From contig WJMI01000305.1 of the NCBI GenBank assembly GCA_014728015.1, positions 6,192 through 70,191 of the forward strand: a stretch of 64,000 nt of DNA, in the 5' to 3' direction. This stretch comes from Chitinivibrionales bacterium (GTDB taxonomy: Bacteria; Fibrobacterota; Chitinivibrionia; Chitinivibrionales; WJMI01). Shown one piece after another: positions 1-8,084 of the stretch. Each line of letters starts with the position of its first letter. The first letter of the stretch is position 1. Under the pieces are notes generated by a model that worked only from the letters and a program-made list of their open reading frames with translations, was not told the DNA's origin and did no database searches. The translations under genes and the position numbers were made by a program.

Positions 1-640
1 GAATAGTGACATCCTTGATAAGGATGCCGTGCGCATAACAGGCGACCAGCGCGTGCGAGTACAGATCTTCAAAGAGGCAGTCGCGCACGACACATTTGTG
101 CCCCCTGATATTGAGCGCGAGATATACCCGGTTGAATGTACACGCCTCGACCACCCATCCAGTCGATGTGTTAAGAACCACTTTGTGTTCGATTGAGTCC
201 CCTTCATTCCAGGTGAGCTCTTCGAACGCGAACCCGCGGATAGTGACCCAGTGGTTCCCGCTCTTGGCGCCGTTGTCATCGACACCGGCCCAGTCTGCCG
301 GAACAAAACCGATTTCCCTGATACCCGAGCCGTTGAGCACCGCGCCGTGCGGCTCTTCGGATTCGAAGACAATTGGAGCTTCCGGTGTGCCTTCACCGTG
401 GACCCGTACCCGTTCCTGGTAGACACCGGGCTTGACTGTCACGATGTCGCCGGGATTCAACGCGACCTCACCGGCTTTGCGAATCGTCTTGAGCGGCGCG
501 CCCAGGCTTCCGTCAGCTCCATCGTCGCCGTCCGGTGACACCCAGTAGTGAGCCGCGTGAACGGATGCGAGAACGCAGACCACCCACAAACCTGCCAGCC
601 CGACATATCTGCACAGAGAATTTCGCGTACACGGATTCAT
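1..640 (-). CDS. Secreted right-handed parallel beta-helix protein, type 1 (DUF1565-like N-terminus); 3' part lies outside the window
   Basis: Absent from the ORF track because it runs off the left edge. My translation of the reverse strand from the ATG at 640-638 gives MNPCTRNSLCRYVGLAGLWVVCVLASVHAAHYWVSPDGDDGADGSLGAPLKTIRKAGEVALNPGDIVTVKPGVYQERV... This is a signal peptide followed by the Y.VS..G.D...GS...P..TI..A...PGD.I.V..G.Y start shared with the 5423-7711 protein. A G-run SD (AAAGGGGGGAAAC) lies directly upstream. Confidence 0.7.
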   Translation of the reverse strand, partial: MNPCTRNSLCRYVGLAGLWVVCVLASVHAAHYWVSPDGDDGADGSLGAPLKTIRKAGEVALNPGDIVTVKPGVYQERVRVHGEGTPEAPIVFESEEPHGAVLNGSGIREIGFVPADWAGVDDNGAKSGNHWVTIRGFAFEELTWNEGDSIEHKVVLNTSTGWVVEACTFNRVYLALNIRGHKCVVRDCLFEDLYSHALVACYAHGILIKDVTI

Positions 641-774
641 GTTTCCCCCCTTTGGCGGTAGTTTTGGTTCTAGGCAGAAGATAGGCATAAGGGTTGCATT
701 TCTCAGATATTCATGATATCTTAGAACCGCAGAAATGCACATCTGTCAGCCCATGTGTTGAAAGGAGGCTGGTC

Positions 775-2295
775 TTGGGGCATGCCACAAATGCAGCAGA
801 GGCAGCGGAACGGCTTCGGGCGCGGCTTGGGCCGGGCAACGCGGGGCGTATTCCGACAGCTCGAGAACTCGCCAGGGAGTTCCATATTGCCGAGCGGACG
901 GCGCTGAAGGCACTCCGGCAGTTGCGCGACGAAGGCCTGCTTGAGTTTTCCCGCGGCAAGCGGCCGCGCGCGGCCGGGACACGCAGTGCGCACAAAGATA
1001 CCGCTGCCGGCCGGTTGTTCGAGGACCTGAAACAGGCCATTGTGAAAGGCGCGTACCGTGCCGGTCATATCATGCCTAAGCTTGACTACTTTGTCATCGG
1101 CGAGCATGCTTCGCGCAGCACGGTATCCGAAGCATTCAGAATGCTTGAGCGTGAAGCTCTGGCGCACAAGCGGGGGCGCCAGTGGGTGGTGGGGCCGGGA
1201 CCTGATCATAGGGCATCGCCGTTCGATGCGGCACAACCCAGAGGGGATCGGCCGGTTGTCGTGATGCTCGTTCCGGTACAGAAGGTATGGGAAGACCTGC
1301 TCAACGAGCACCTTCGGCCGTTTCTCTCCGAGTTTCTGGCGGAGCTCGGGCGCCGCCGCCTGGATTTCGTGCTGTGCCAGCGAGAGAACCCCTTGCCGCA
1401 CCGAAGCATTTTCCCGACGGGCCGGGATGAGACCGCGGCCTTGATTCGCGAGCTTGGCAGGCGGTATGCGGGAACGCTTATTGTGACCCAGCCATACAGA
1501 TTTCCCGATCTTGGGGACTGGATTGAGCAGCTTGCCGGGTTCGGACGTCCGGTGCTCTGGTTTGACTATGACGATTCCGGGCCGGCAATGGACCGCCGCG
1601 CCGTCGGCTTCGATCAGTTTTACAGGTGTTTCTGCAATGAATCCCGATGTGTGTCGCTGGCGCTTGAGTCGCTCTCCCGGTTCGGGCATGCCAGGGTGGC
1701 CGTGCCCGTATGCGAAACGCTCGCGCGCGACGAATGGTACACGCATCGGGTTGATCTTCTGCGCGAGATGAGCGGGCATCTCGAGAAGCCGGTTGACATC
1801 ATCACGGTCGATCAGGATGAGCCCGTGTGGGAGAGCATACGCACGCTTGAGGGCCACTATGTGACGTCACGGCGAATAGACGATCTGTACGTTGAGCGGC
1901 GGAAATCGAACGTAAAGCTCAGTGATGCGGCAATCGGCCGTCTCGTACGAGATGCTCTTCTCGAGGAGTTCCCTTCACTTGCATCGCTGCCAGAGCTGGA
2001 TGAGATAACCGCGGTGTTTGCCGCCAACCAGTCGCTTGCGGTCAATTATGTCATATGGTTCGATGCCGTGGGTGTCAGGATCCCGCGCGATATATCGCTT
2101 CTGGCGATAGACAATTACCTGCGCGCTGCCGTGTTTCCGGTTTCGACAATCGCGCAGAATTTCGAAGGGCTTGCCTACAGCATGTCCCACGTGTTCATCG
2201 GTGATATCCCGGTAAACGCGGACAAGCGGGGCAACATGCCGAGCGAGCCGGAATTCGTTGATCGCGGGTCGCTCGGCCGGCCGCCGCGCGGCTAG
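775..2295 (+). CDS. Transcriptional regulator, paralog 1: two tandem GntR-type winged-helix domains plus LacI/PBP1-like sensor domain
   Basis: ORF 694-2295. wHTH1: IPTARELAREFHIAERTALKALRQLRDEGLLEFSRGKRP. wHTH2: MPKLDYFVIGEHASRSTVSEAFRMLEREALAHKRGRQWVVG. C-terminal LacI-like signature: AANQSLAVNYVIWFDAVGVRIPRDISLLAIDNY. I prefer the in-frame TTG at 775, preceded by AAAGGAGG, over the TTG at 694; the start is uncertain. Confidence 0.75.
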   Translation: MGHATNAAEAAERLRARLGPGNAGRIPTARELAREFHIAERTALKALRQLRDEGLLEFSRGKRPRAAGTRSAHKDTAAGRLFEDLKQAIVKGAYRAGHIMPKLDYFVIGEHASRSTVSEAFRMLEREALAHKRGRQWVVGPGPDHRASPFDAAQPRGDRPVVVMLVPVQKVWEDLLNEHLRPFLSEFLAELGRRRLDFVLCQRENPLPHRSIFPTGRDETAALIRELGRRYAGTLIVTQPYRFPDLGDWIEQLAGFGRPVLWFDYDDSGPAMDRRAVGFDQFYRCFCNESRCVSLALESLSRFGHARVAVPVCETLARDEWYTHRVDLLREMSGHLEKPVDIITVDQDEPVWESIRTLEGHYVTSRRIDDLYVERRKSNVKLSDAAIGRLVRDALLEEFPSLASLPELDEITAVFAANQSLAVNYVIWFDAVGVRIPRDISLLAIDNYLRAAVFPVSTIAQNFEGLAYSMSHVFIGDIPVNADKRGNMPSEPEFVDRGSLGRPPRG

Positions 2296-5177
2296 GGCCA
2301 CACGATTCGCTTCACCACCTGCCGCGTGGCAGACCGTGCTCGGACCACGTAGGTGCCTGCGGCGATACCCCGGGAGTGCATATCCAGCGCCGCTGTCCCG
2401 GCACGCGGCAGGAGTTCCAAATCGAGCAACCTTTTTCCTGCAAGTGAATAGACGTTCACCCGCACGCGCCGCGTGCTGTTTGACTTCAGAACAAGCCTGC
2501 CGTTTACAACTCCTATCACGAGCCCTTCTGTGCCCGTCCGGGGGGCCGGTCCGAGCCCGTATCGGGAGGCGTTCTGGGTTTTGTCGTATCCTGCGGGCAG
2601 AGGATAGTCCAGCTCCACGCCTGTGGGATTGCCTGGCGTGGCATCGAGATCGGGCCAGACCAGCGTGCCCAGCTTCTCCTGGTCCTGTTTGTCAAAATTG
2701 TACACGCCATGTTCGTTTGCGTTGGCATCCAGCCACAGCGTGACCTTGCGCAGCTCCTCGCCGGTAAGCGTACAATCATGGTGGCTGCCGTCGACATTCT
2801 GATACAATGGGGAACAATAGGTCCCGAATTTGTAGGGCACCGTGCGCGAGCCGCCATACCAGGGGATCACGAAGTTGAACCGCTGGCTTCCGTGGTAGAA
2901 GAACAGGTACGACGACCGTTTGTCGGGCATGGTGCCGATGGGACAGGCGATTTCCTTTCCAGCCCAATATGAACTGGTGACATTTCCCCACTCTTCGTAG
3001 CCGTTGAGTGCATACCAGTAGTGGATCTCATGTCCGTTGTTGGGACCGCCGCCGGTCGAGCTGTGGCACGGATCGCATTTGGCCTCGAAAATAGGCTGGA
3101 CGGTCCGATAGAATGAGAGCGGCTCCTGGCTTCCGGGCTCCTTCTCCAGCGGTGACGGCGCTCTTCGGAAGGCCAGGGGGTTGGAGCCCATGGGCGGGGG
3201 CGCTTCCCATTTACTCTCGTGACACCCGACACAGGTCAACTGCTCGCCCGGGTGCACGTATGTAATCGATCGCATGGAGTGAATGGCAATGCCGTTTTCG
3301 TCGAGGAGTTGGAAATATATCGGCTTGCCGACGGGCGCCTCGCAGTACACGCTGCCGTCTTCCTCGACCGGTACGACGCCCATTGACATGCGGCACAAGC
3401 TTTCGTGGCCGGCGCCGGTGCGCGGGCTGTCCTTGCCGAATGTCGACTTCGCGAAGAACTGGAGAATCCGCATCCATTTCGCCCTGGCGCCTTCGGGAAG
3501 GGGCATGTCCGAGACATACACGTTCTGCACGGCAATGGTGGCGCGCTTGTGGTCGGCGTGATCGGCCCGATCGCCCTGAAACGTACGGGTGGGGATCGCG
3601 GGTGGTTTCTGGCGCGCCCGCAGCGGGATCGGATCGAGCGGTCTGGTGCCGAGCGAAATATCGATACGGACCTCGTTGCCGAACTTGTCGAGCAGTTCGA
3701 GGTCGTCGTAGTGATTGCACAGGTAGAATTCCTCGGAGAGCGGCCACAGGGTGGCCCAGCCCGGCCACCGGTCGCCGCCGAGCCATTCGGCCTCGGGGAA
3801 CCAGGCCCCGGTCATGCGCTTGACCTGCGACATGCGGTCGTCATCCTTGATTGTCACATCGATAAGTATCGGCGCGCCGTATGCCTGGCCGTGATGCGGG
3901 CCGGCGGTGGCCGTATACTTGCCGCTCGTGCCGGGTATCGCGCGGATGTTGAACTCGGCGAACGGACGCTCCTGCCTTCCGTCAATCCATATCTCGCCGT
4001 CGATATCGTTGTTGGCGGCGAACACGGTGTCGGTGGTGGTCCAGGGGTGGGGGTAGTTGCCGTGCGGCGCGCGCGGATCGCGGCCGTCGGGATAGCAGGT
4101 CCACATGTGGTGAGCAATGCAGTCTTCGCGGTCAACATAGTCCCATCGCGAATACACGATCATACCGTCATTGTCGACCGATGGGTGCCATTCGTTAGTT
4201 TCGTGGAAGCTCAAGCAGATGATATCAGAGCCGTCATCTTTCATGGAGTACAGCGAGTAGGTGGGGTACGGCTCGCTGTGGCACCGGCCGAACCCGCCGC
4301 GCCGCGTGGTATTGAACACGATGCGGCCATTGGGGAGAAAGCACGGGTCGAAGTCATCATACGGGCCGTCGGTGAGCATCATCAGATTGGATCCGTCAAT
4401 GCCGCACTTGAAGAGGTGATAACAGTCGTTTTCGTTCCACCCCGAGCCGCCGCCGCGCGCCCAGGCAAACACAATGGTCTCTCCGTCATACGAAAGATCC
4501 GGTGACAGAAATGCGCCGCCGTTGAGAGACTGGCCGGCCAGCCGTCCGTTCTGGACCGTGGCGCCTTCGAGGACATTGTCCACGCGGGGATTGTCGGCAA
4601 AAGCATTGCGAAGGATGTACAGCCCTCCGCCGCCCGTGCTCTTGTAGCCGTAATACTGCGGGCACATGTGGCCGCACTCGGTCGCGGTTGACACAAAAAG
4701 AAGATCGTCGAAATCGAGAAGCGGATTGGAAACGGCGATCCGGCGCCGCAGGGCGCAGGCCTCCGCGAACAGGTTCCGTTCGACTGCGGTGCCTGTTTTG
4801 GCGAGGCCGAGCCGGTCTCGCGCGGCGCGCAATTCGGCCAGGCGACTACGAAAGGTATCCGCCCTCTTGCGCAGGCCGTCTGTTGACTGAAGGTGTCTGA
4901 GCAGTGCATCGGTGCGCCTCAAGACGACATCAACCGGAGTTCGGTCCGTCTCATGAAGCAGGGCGTGGGGGTCGAGAATGTCCCGTTCGACTTTCCATCG
5001 ATGGGGCGACTTCCCGAGCTTGTGGAGACTTTCGAGCCGTCCGGAAAGCTCAGCATACTCGGTATCCCACCGGGCCCGCACCGACTTGCTGTAGTTGGTT
5101 GATGTGCGTGACCCGGCGAATGGCAGAGATGCGGCTATTATGGTCAGATAGAGCGATATGACAACAGCCAATCGCAT
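2292..5177 (-). CDS. HzsA-related / PD40-like beta-propeller protein with two CxxCH haem c motifs and a T9SS C-terminal domain
   Basis: 961-aa ORF with signal peptide. Propeller motifs: FLSPDLSYDGETIVF, DFDPCFLPNGRIVF, HETNEWHPSVDNDGMIVYSRWDY. Haem motifs: LTCVGCHESKWE and a PSCyt1-like VQPIFEAKCDPCHSS. Tail: VYSLAGKRLLDLEL...GIAAGTYVVRARSATRQVVKRIVWP. Paralog of 54211-56934. SD: AAAAGGGGGAATGCGC. Confidence 0.65.
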   Translation of the reverse strand: MRLAVVISLYLTIIAASLPFAGSRTSTNYSKSVRARWDTEYAELSGRLESLHKLGKSPHRWKVERDILDPHALLHETDRTPVDVVLRRTDALLRHLQSTDGLRKRADTFRSRLAELRAARDRLGLAKTGTAVERNLFAEACALRRRIAVSNPLLDFDDLLFVSTATECGHMCPQYYGYKSTGGGGLYILRNAFADNPRVDNVLEGATVQNGRLAGQSLNGGAFLSPDLSYDGETIVFAWARGGGSGWNENDCYHLFKCGIDGSNLMMLTDGPYDDFDPCFLPNGRIVFNTTRRGGFGRCHSEPYPTYSLYSMKDDGSDIICLSFHETNEWHPSVDNDGMIVYSRWDYVDREDCIAHHMWTCYPDGRDPRAPHGNYPHPWTTTDTVFAANNDIDGEIWIDGRQERPFAEFNIRAIPGTSGKYTATAGPHHGQAYGAPILIDVTIKDDDRMSQVKRMTGAWFPEAEWLGGDRWPGWATLWPLSEEFYLCNHYDDLELLDKFGNEVRIDISLGTRPLDPIPLRARQKPPAIPTRTFQGDRADHADHKRATIAVQNVYVSDMPLPEGARAKWMRILQFFAKSTFGKDSPRTGAGHESLCRMSMGVVPVEEDGSVYCEAPVGKPIYFQLLDENGIAIHSMRSITYVHPGEQLTCVGCHESKWEAPPPMGSNPLAFRRAPSPLEKEPGSQEPLSFYRTVQPIFEAKCDPCHSSTGGGPNNGHEIHYWYALNGYEEWGNVTSSYWAGKEIACPIGTMPDKRSSYLFFYHGSQRFNFVIPWYGGSRTVPYKFGTYCSPLYQNVDGSHHDCTLTGEELRKVTLWLDANANEHGVYNFDKQDQEKLGTLVWPDLDATPGNPTGVELDYPLPAGYDKTQNASRYGLGPAPRTGTEGLVIGVVNGRLVLKSNSTRRVRVNVYSLAGKRLLDLELLPRAGTAALDMHSRGIAAGTYVVRARSATRQVVKRIVWP

Positions 5178-5258
5178 GGCGCATTCCCCCTTTTTGCCAG
5201 GTTATGGAACGGATCTCGGGGTCGCGGCATCTTTCTTGCGGCATGCCCGGGACCATTC

Positions 5259-5268
5259 AATATAGGGG
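5259..5268 (-). promoter_or_regulatory. CCCCTATATT promoter-like (-10-like) motif upstream of 2292-5177
   Basis: Exact 10-mer on the minus strand. Its 3' end is 81 nt upstream of the ATG at 5177. One of four exact copies, all in promoter position. Confidence 0.4.
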
Positions 5269-5355
5269 CATAGGCTGGTGAAGCGCCCCTTGTTCAGAGC
5301 GGAAAACGGCGTTCACTGGACAGAGAGGACAGTACTGGTGCCAGAAGTCAGAGAC

Positions 5356-5411
5356 CAGAGGCCAGAGATCTGTCCTTTCGAATAGTCGCGCTCTTTGACC
5401 TCTGGCCTCTG
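5356..5411 (-). terminator. Terminator-like hairpin after the 5423-7711 gene (no clear U-tract)
   Basis: CAGAGGCCAGAGATC (5356-5370) pairs with GACCTCTGGCCTCTG (5397-5411): a 15-bp stem with one mismatch and a 26-nt loop. It starts 12 nt past the stop at 5423 in minus-strand reading. Confidence 0.35.
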
Positions 5412-5422
5412 AGCTCCGCCTT

Positions 5423-7711
5423 CTACCGGCAGATCATTACACGCCGGCAAACGGTATATGCACCTGCGGCGACTGACACCAGGTAGTACCCGGTAGGCAC
5501 CATGGTACGATTCACGAGGTACCGCCGGGAGCCGCTCCCGCGGACACGGTGCACAAGCCGTCCATTCAGGGAGAACAGGTCGACCCGGTGTGCCCCTTCG
5601 GCAGCTACGTTGACCAGCGCGCGTCCGGCCACTGCGCTCACGTGAAGCGGCATGGCGGTTCGCAGAAGGACCGGTGACAGGGCCACGGCATTGCCGCTCG
5701 AAGGACCTTCGTAGAATTCTATTTCGGCGACATTGAGATAGCCGCACTCGCCGCCGGCATTGCTGTTGTACCGGACATAGGCGGCTTCAAGCGGATCGTC
5801 GATGGTAACCGTGGTCATCTCGCCGTCGGCAGGCACGGATTCGATCGTATAGATGCTGGTCCAGTCGGTGCCGTTGGCCGAGACCTCGAATGTCCTTCCG
5901 ACCATGCGCTCACCGAAGCCGTCGCGTGGGCAGAACGAGATTTCAACAATGGTCTTGGGCTGGTCGAACCGGAACCCCGCCCAGAGCTCGTCGGCTTCAT
6001 GGCAATCGGGGTAGGTGGTGATGTCGCCGTCGAATGCGGCCCAGGGTCCTTCGCAGAAGTCGAGCGGTTCGCCTTCGGAGATAAAATGGCCGGTAGCCTT
6101 GCGCTTTGCTACAATCTCAATCTGCGTGGATGCGCTTTTGGCCGTGCCGTCCATACTGGCATCCGCGGTGACCGTAACCGTTCCCTCGGTGTTTCCCGCG
6201 GTAAACATTCCGTCGTTATCCACTTCGCCGTCAGCGCCGGTTGCCGACCAGGTGAACGCGGGCTGCGTTGGCATGGCAAGGAAATACTGGTCGCGCGCCG
6301 TTGCCCACAACTGAAGTGTCTCGCCGTAAAGGAGCGTGCGGCCGGCCGGAGTGACAGTCATCGAGGTAAACACCGGGGGCTCGGGGTCGCCGGTTTCCCA
6401 GCTTGACGATATAGAACCGGAGTGCGTGCTGTTGAGCTCCACGTTGAAATCGCTCTGGATGCTTGCCAGGCCGGTGCGACTGTTGGGACCCCAGGTAACC
6501 GTGGGCTCGCTGCCCTCCCAGGTGTTATAGTCCCAATCGAAGCTTCGCGTGCTTGCCATGCTGGTTGTCCAGGTCTCGGCTCCCAGGGACGTTCGAATCT
6601 CGCCATTCTGGTAGACGTTATGCTTCAGTGTCAGGTTCTCGATATCGCTGTTGAGCGCGGGTTCGCCGTCACGGACAGGCGCCTCGCGCTCCATGTCCCG
6701 AAGCTCGAACGATCCGTTGATCAGCGTATGCATAATAGTGACATTCTTGCTTTCGCACACCGCAATCTCGGAGCCGTCATTGTCGTGGGAGTAACAGTAT
6801 TCGAGTGTCAGCGGGCCGGTGGGATTGACTTCCCAGAACACCCCTGAGCCTTCCCAGTTGTAGGCCATGCCCTTGTTGTTGCGAAACTCGCTGTTGCGTA
6901 CGACCACGTTGCGGTTGTCCCAGTCGAACCACAGGCCGGGCCCGTGGTTGTCGTAGGCCTGGTGGTTTTCTATGAGGAGCGGGCCTTCATAGTTATTGCA
7001 CCATTTGCCGCCGCCGCCGGAGAACCCGCCCGGTACGTGGTATTTTCCGCCGATATTGTGGAAAGAGCCTTCCTTTTCCGGAAAGGGATTGTAGTCCCAG
7101 CCGCAGTTGTTGTTGCGGGAGATACAGTTCCGCACGACCACATCGCGGCATTTTCCGCCACCGATACCGCCGGCGAAGTTGTACTCGGTGATAACATCTT
7201 CGACAAGGCAATGATCGACGTCCTCGAGCACAATGCCGTCCCAGTGCGATTCCTTGGTGAGGATATTGCGCACGGTCCACCCGCGGCTTCCGCCGGCAAT
7301 GCGTACTTGCGAGTTGTTGAAAAAGCACGCGCCGCGGCGAAATGTCATGTCTTCGAGGGTAACATAGCTTGCGCCCCATGATGCGAACAGGTGACGCATG
7401 GTGGTATCGAATTCGCCGTCGATAATGACCCCGGCGCGGCTTTCGCCCTTGATCACGATCGGATTGTCGGCAGTACCCGAATTGGCCGACCAGAAGATAA
7501 TGGTCTGGTTGTAGGTGCCGGTACGAACCGTGATGACATCCCCGGGCTTGGCCAGGTCCACCGCTTTCTGGATGGTAGCGAATGGCGCGCCGGAGCTGCC
7601 GTCGTTGGTGTCGTCGCCGGATGTTGCTATGAAATAGTCGGCCGCGAATGTGCCGGCAGCGAGAAATACGCATGCCAGCGCGGCATGGATAGTTGCGCGA
7701 AGCGTTCTCAT
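5423..7711 (-). CDS. Secreted beta-helix protein type 1 with Big_2, F5/8 type C (discoidin) and T9SS C-terminal domains
   Basis: 762 aa. Signal peptide, then ADYFIATSGDDTNDGSSGAPFATIQKAVDLAKPGDVITVRTGTYNQ and beta-helix repeats (NCISRNNNCGW, HQAYDNHGPGLWFDWDN). Big_2-like: VTPAGRTLLYGETLQLWATARDQ... Discoidin-like: AAFDGDITTY...VSANGTDWTSIY...AEIEFY. Tail: LFSLNGRLVHRV...TGYYLVSVAAGAYTVCRRVMICR. Confidence 0.75.
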   Translation of the reverse strand: MRTLRATIHAALACVFLAAGTFAADYFIATSGDDTNDGSSGAPFATIQKAVDLAKPGDVITVRTGTYNQTIIFWSANSGTADNPIVIKGESRAGVIIDGEFDTTMRHLFASWGASYVTLEDMTFRRGACFFNNSQVRIAGGSRGWTVRNILTKESHWDGIVLEDVDHCLVEDVITEYNFAGGIGGGKCRDVVVRNCISRNNNCGWDYNPFPEKEGSFHNIGGKYHVPGGFSGGGGKWCNNYEGPLLIENHQAYDNHGPGLWFDWDNRNVVVRNSEFRNNKGMAYNWEGSGVFWEVNPTGPLTLEYCYSHDNDGSEIAVCESKNVTIMHTLINGSFELRDMEREAPVRDGEPALNSDIENLTLKHNVYQNGEIRTSLGAETWTTSMASTRSFDWDYNTWEGSEPTVTWGPNSRTGLASIQSDFNVELNSTHSGSISSSWETGDPEPPVFTSMTVTPAGRTLLYGETLQLWATARDQYFLAMPTQPAFTWSATGADGEVDNDGMFTAGNTEGTVTVTADASMDGTAKSASTQIEIVAKRKATGHFISEGEPLDFCEGPWAAFDGDITTYPDCHEADELWAGFRFDQPKTIVEISFCPRDGFGERMVGRTFEVSANGTDWTSIYTIESVPADGEMTTVTIDDPLEAAYVRYNSNAGGECGYLNVAEIEFYEGPSSGNAVALSPVLLRTAMPLHVSAVAGRALVNVAAEGAHRVDLFSLNGRLVHRVRGSGSRRYLVNRTMVPTGYYLVSVAAGAYTVCRRVMICR

Positions 7712-7784
7712 GGATCCCTCCCCCCCTTAGGGAATGATTTTGCGGAACTGATGCGGCTGAATTGCTCTCCTGCCCTGTTCGGTA

Positions 7785-7794
7785 AATATAGGGG
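7785..7794 (-). promoter_or_regulatory. CCCCTATATT promoter-like motif upstream of 5423-7711
   Basis: Exact 10-mer on the minus strand, 73 nt upstream of the ATG at 7711. Confidence 0.4.
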
Positions 7795-8036
7795 CCATCG
7801 CCCGCTATTCTTGTTTAAATGGTTCTAGAGTGCCATGGGTGTTATAGAATAGGTGCGGAGTCAGAATGAGGAACGCTGAGACAAGAGAATAGTCAAACCG
7901 TCACTGATAGCAGAAATCTGACAAAAATACATCGTTTTCTGTAGTTTTCTCGTGCCATCCAGTCTTAGATTACTATCGTGTTACGCTTTGCGGATCCTGA
8001 GAAGTCTTTGCCGTACATGCGCGACAGTGAAGGGCG

Positions 8037-8063
8037 GACTCAGGTCCACAACCATCCTGAGTC
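8037..8063 (-). terminator. Hairpin downstream of 8085-9335 (terminator-like, no U-tract)
   Basis: GACTCAGG (8037-8044) and CCTGAGTC (8056-8063) form an 8-bp stem with an 11-nt loop, 22 nt past the stop. Confidence 0.25.
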
Positions 8064-8084
8064 AATAGCTACCTGACACGTAGT

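Noticed and set aside
721-1857. 378-aa reverse-strand ORF inside regulator 1, with several nested ORFs
   Set aside because: It lies antisense to a gene with clear domain content. It is Arg/Pro/Ala-rich and low in complexity, typical of shadow ORFs in GC-rich DNA. No SD or recognisable motif.
3405-4505. 366-aa plus-strand ORF inside the HzsA-related gene. Similar long antisense ORFs lie at 55138-56190, 43964-44911, 58441-59469, 61634-62647 and 62723-63910.
   Set aside because: All are antisense to genes with strong motif or paralog support and have shadow-ORF composition.
2292-5177. Reading the HzsA-related proteins as hydrazine synthase (anammox) components
   Set aside because: There are no HzsB/HzsC, hydrazine dehydrogenase or other anammox genes nearby. 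The proteins carry T9SS tails and sit among CAZymes. Only the fold family is shared.
5318-5332. Exact 15-mer GGACAGAGAGGACAG shared with 14380-14394 as evidence for a repeat family by itself
   Set aside because: By my rough estimate a few exact 15-mer matches are expected by chance in 64 kb when both strands are counted. I kept it only as supporting context in a low-interest finding.
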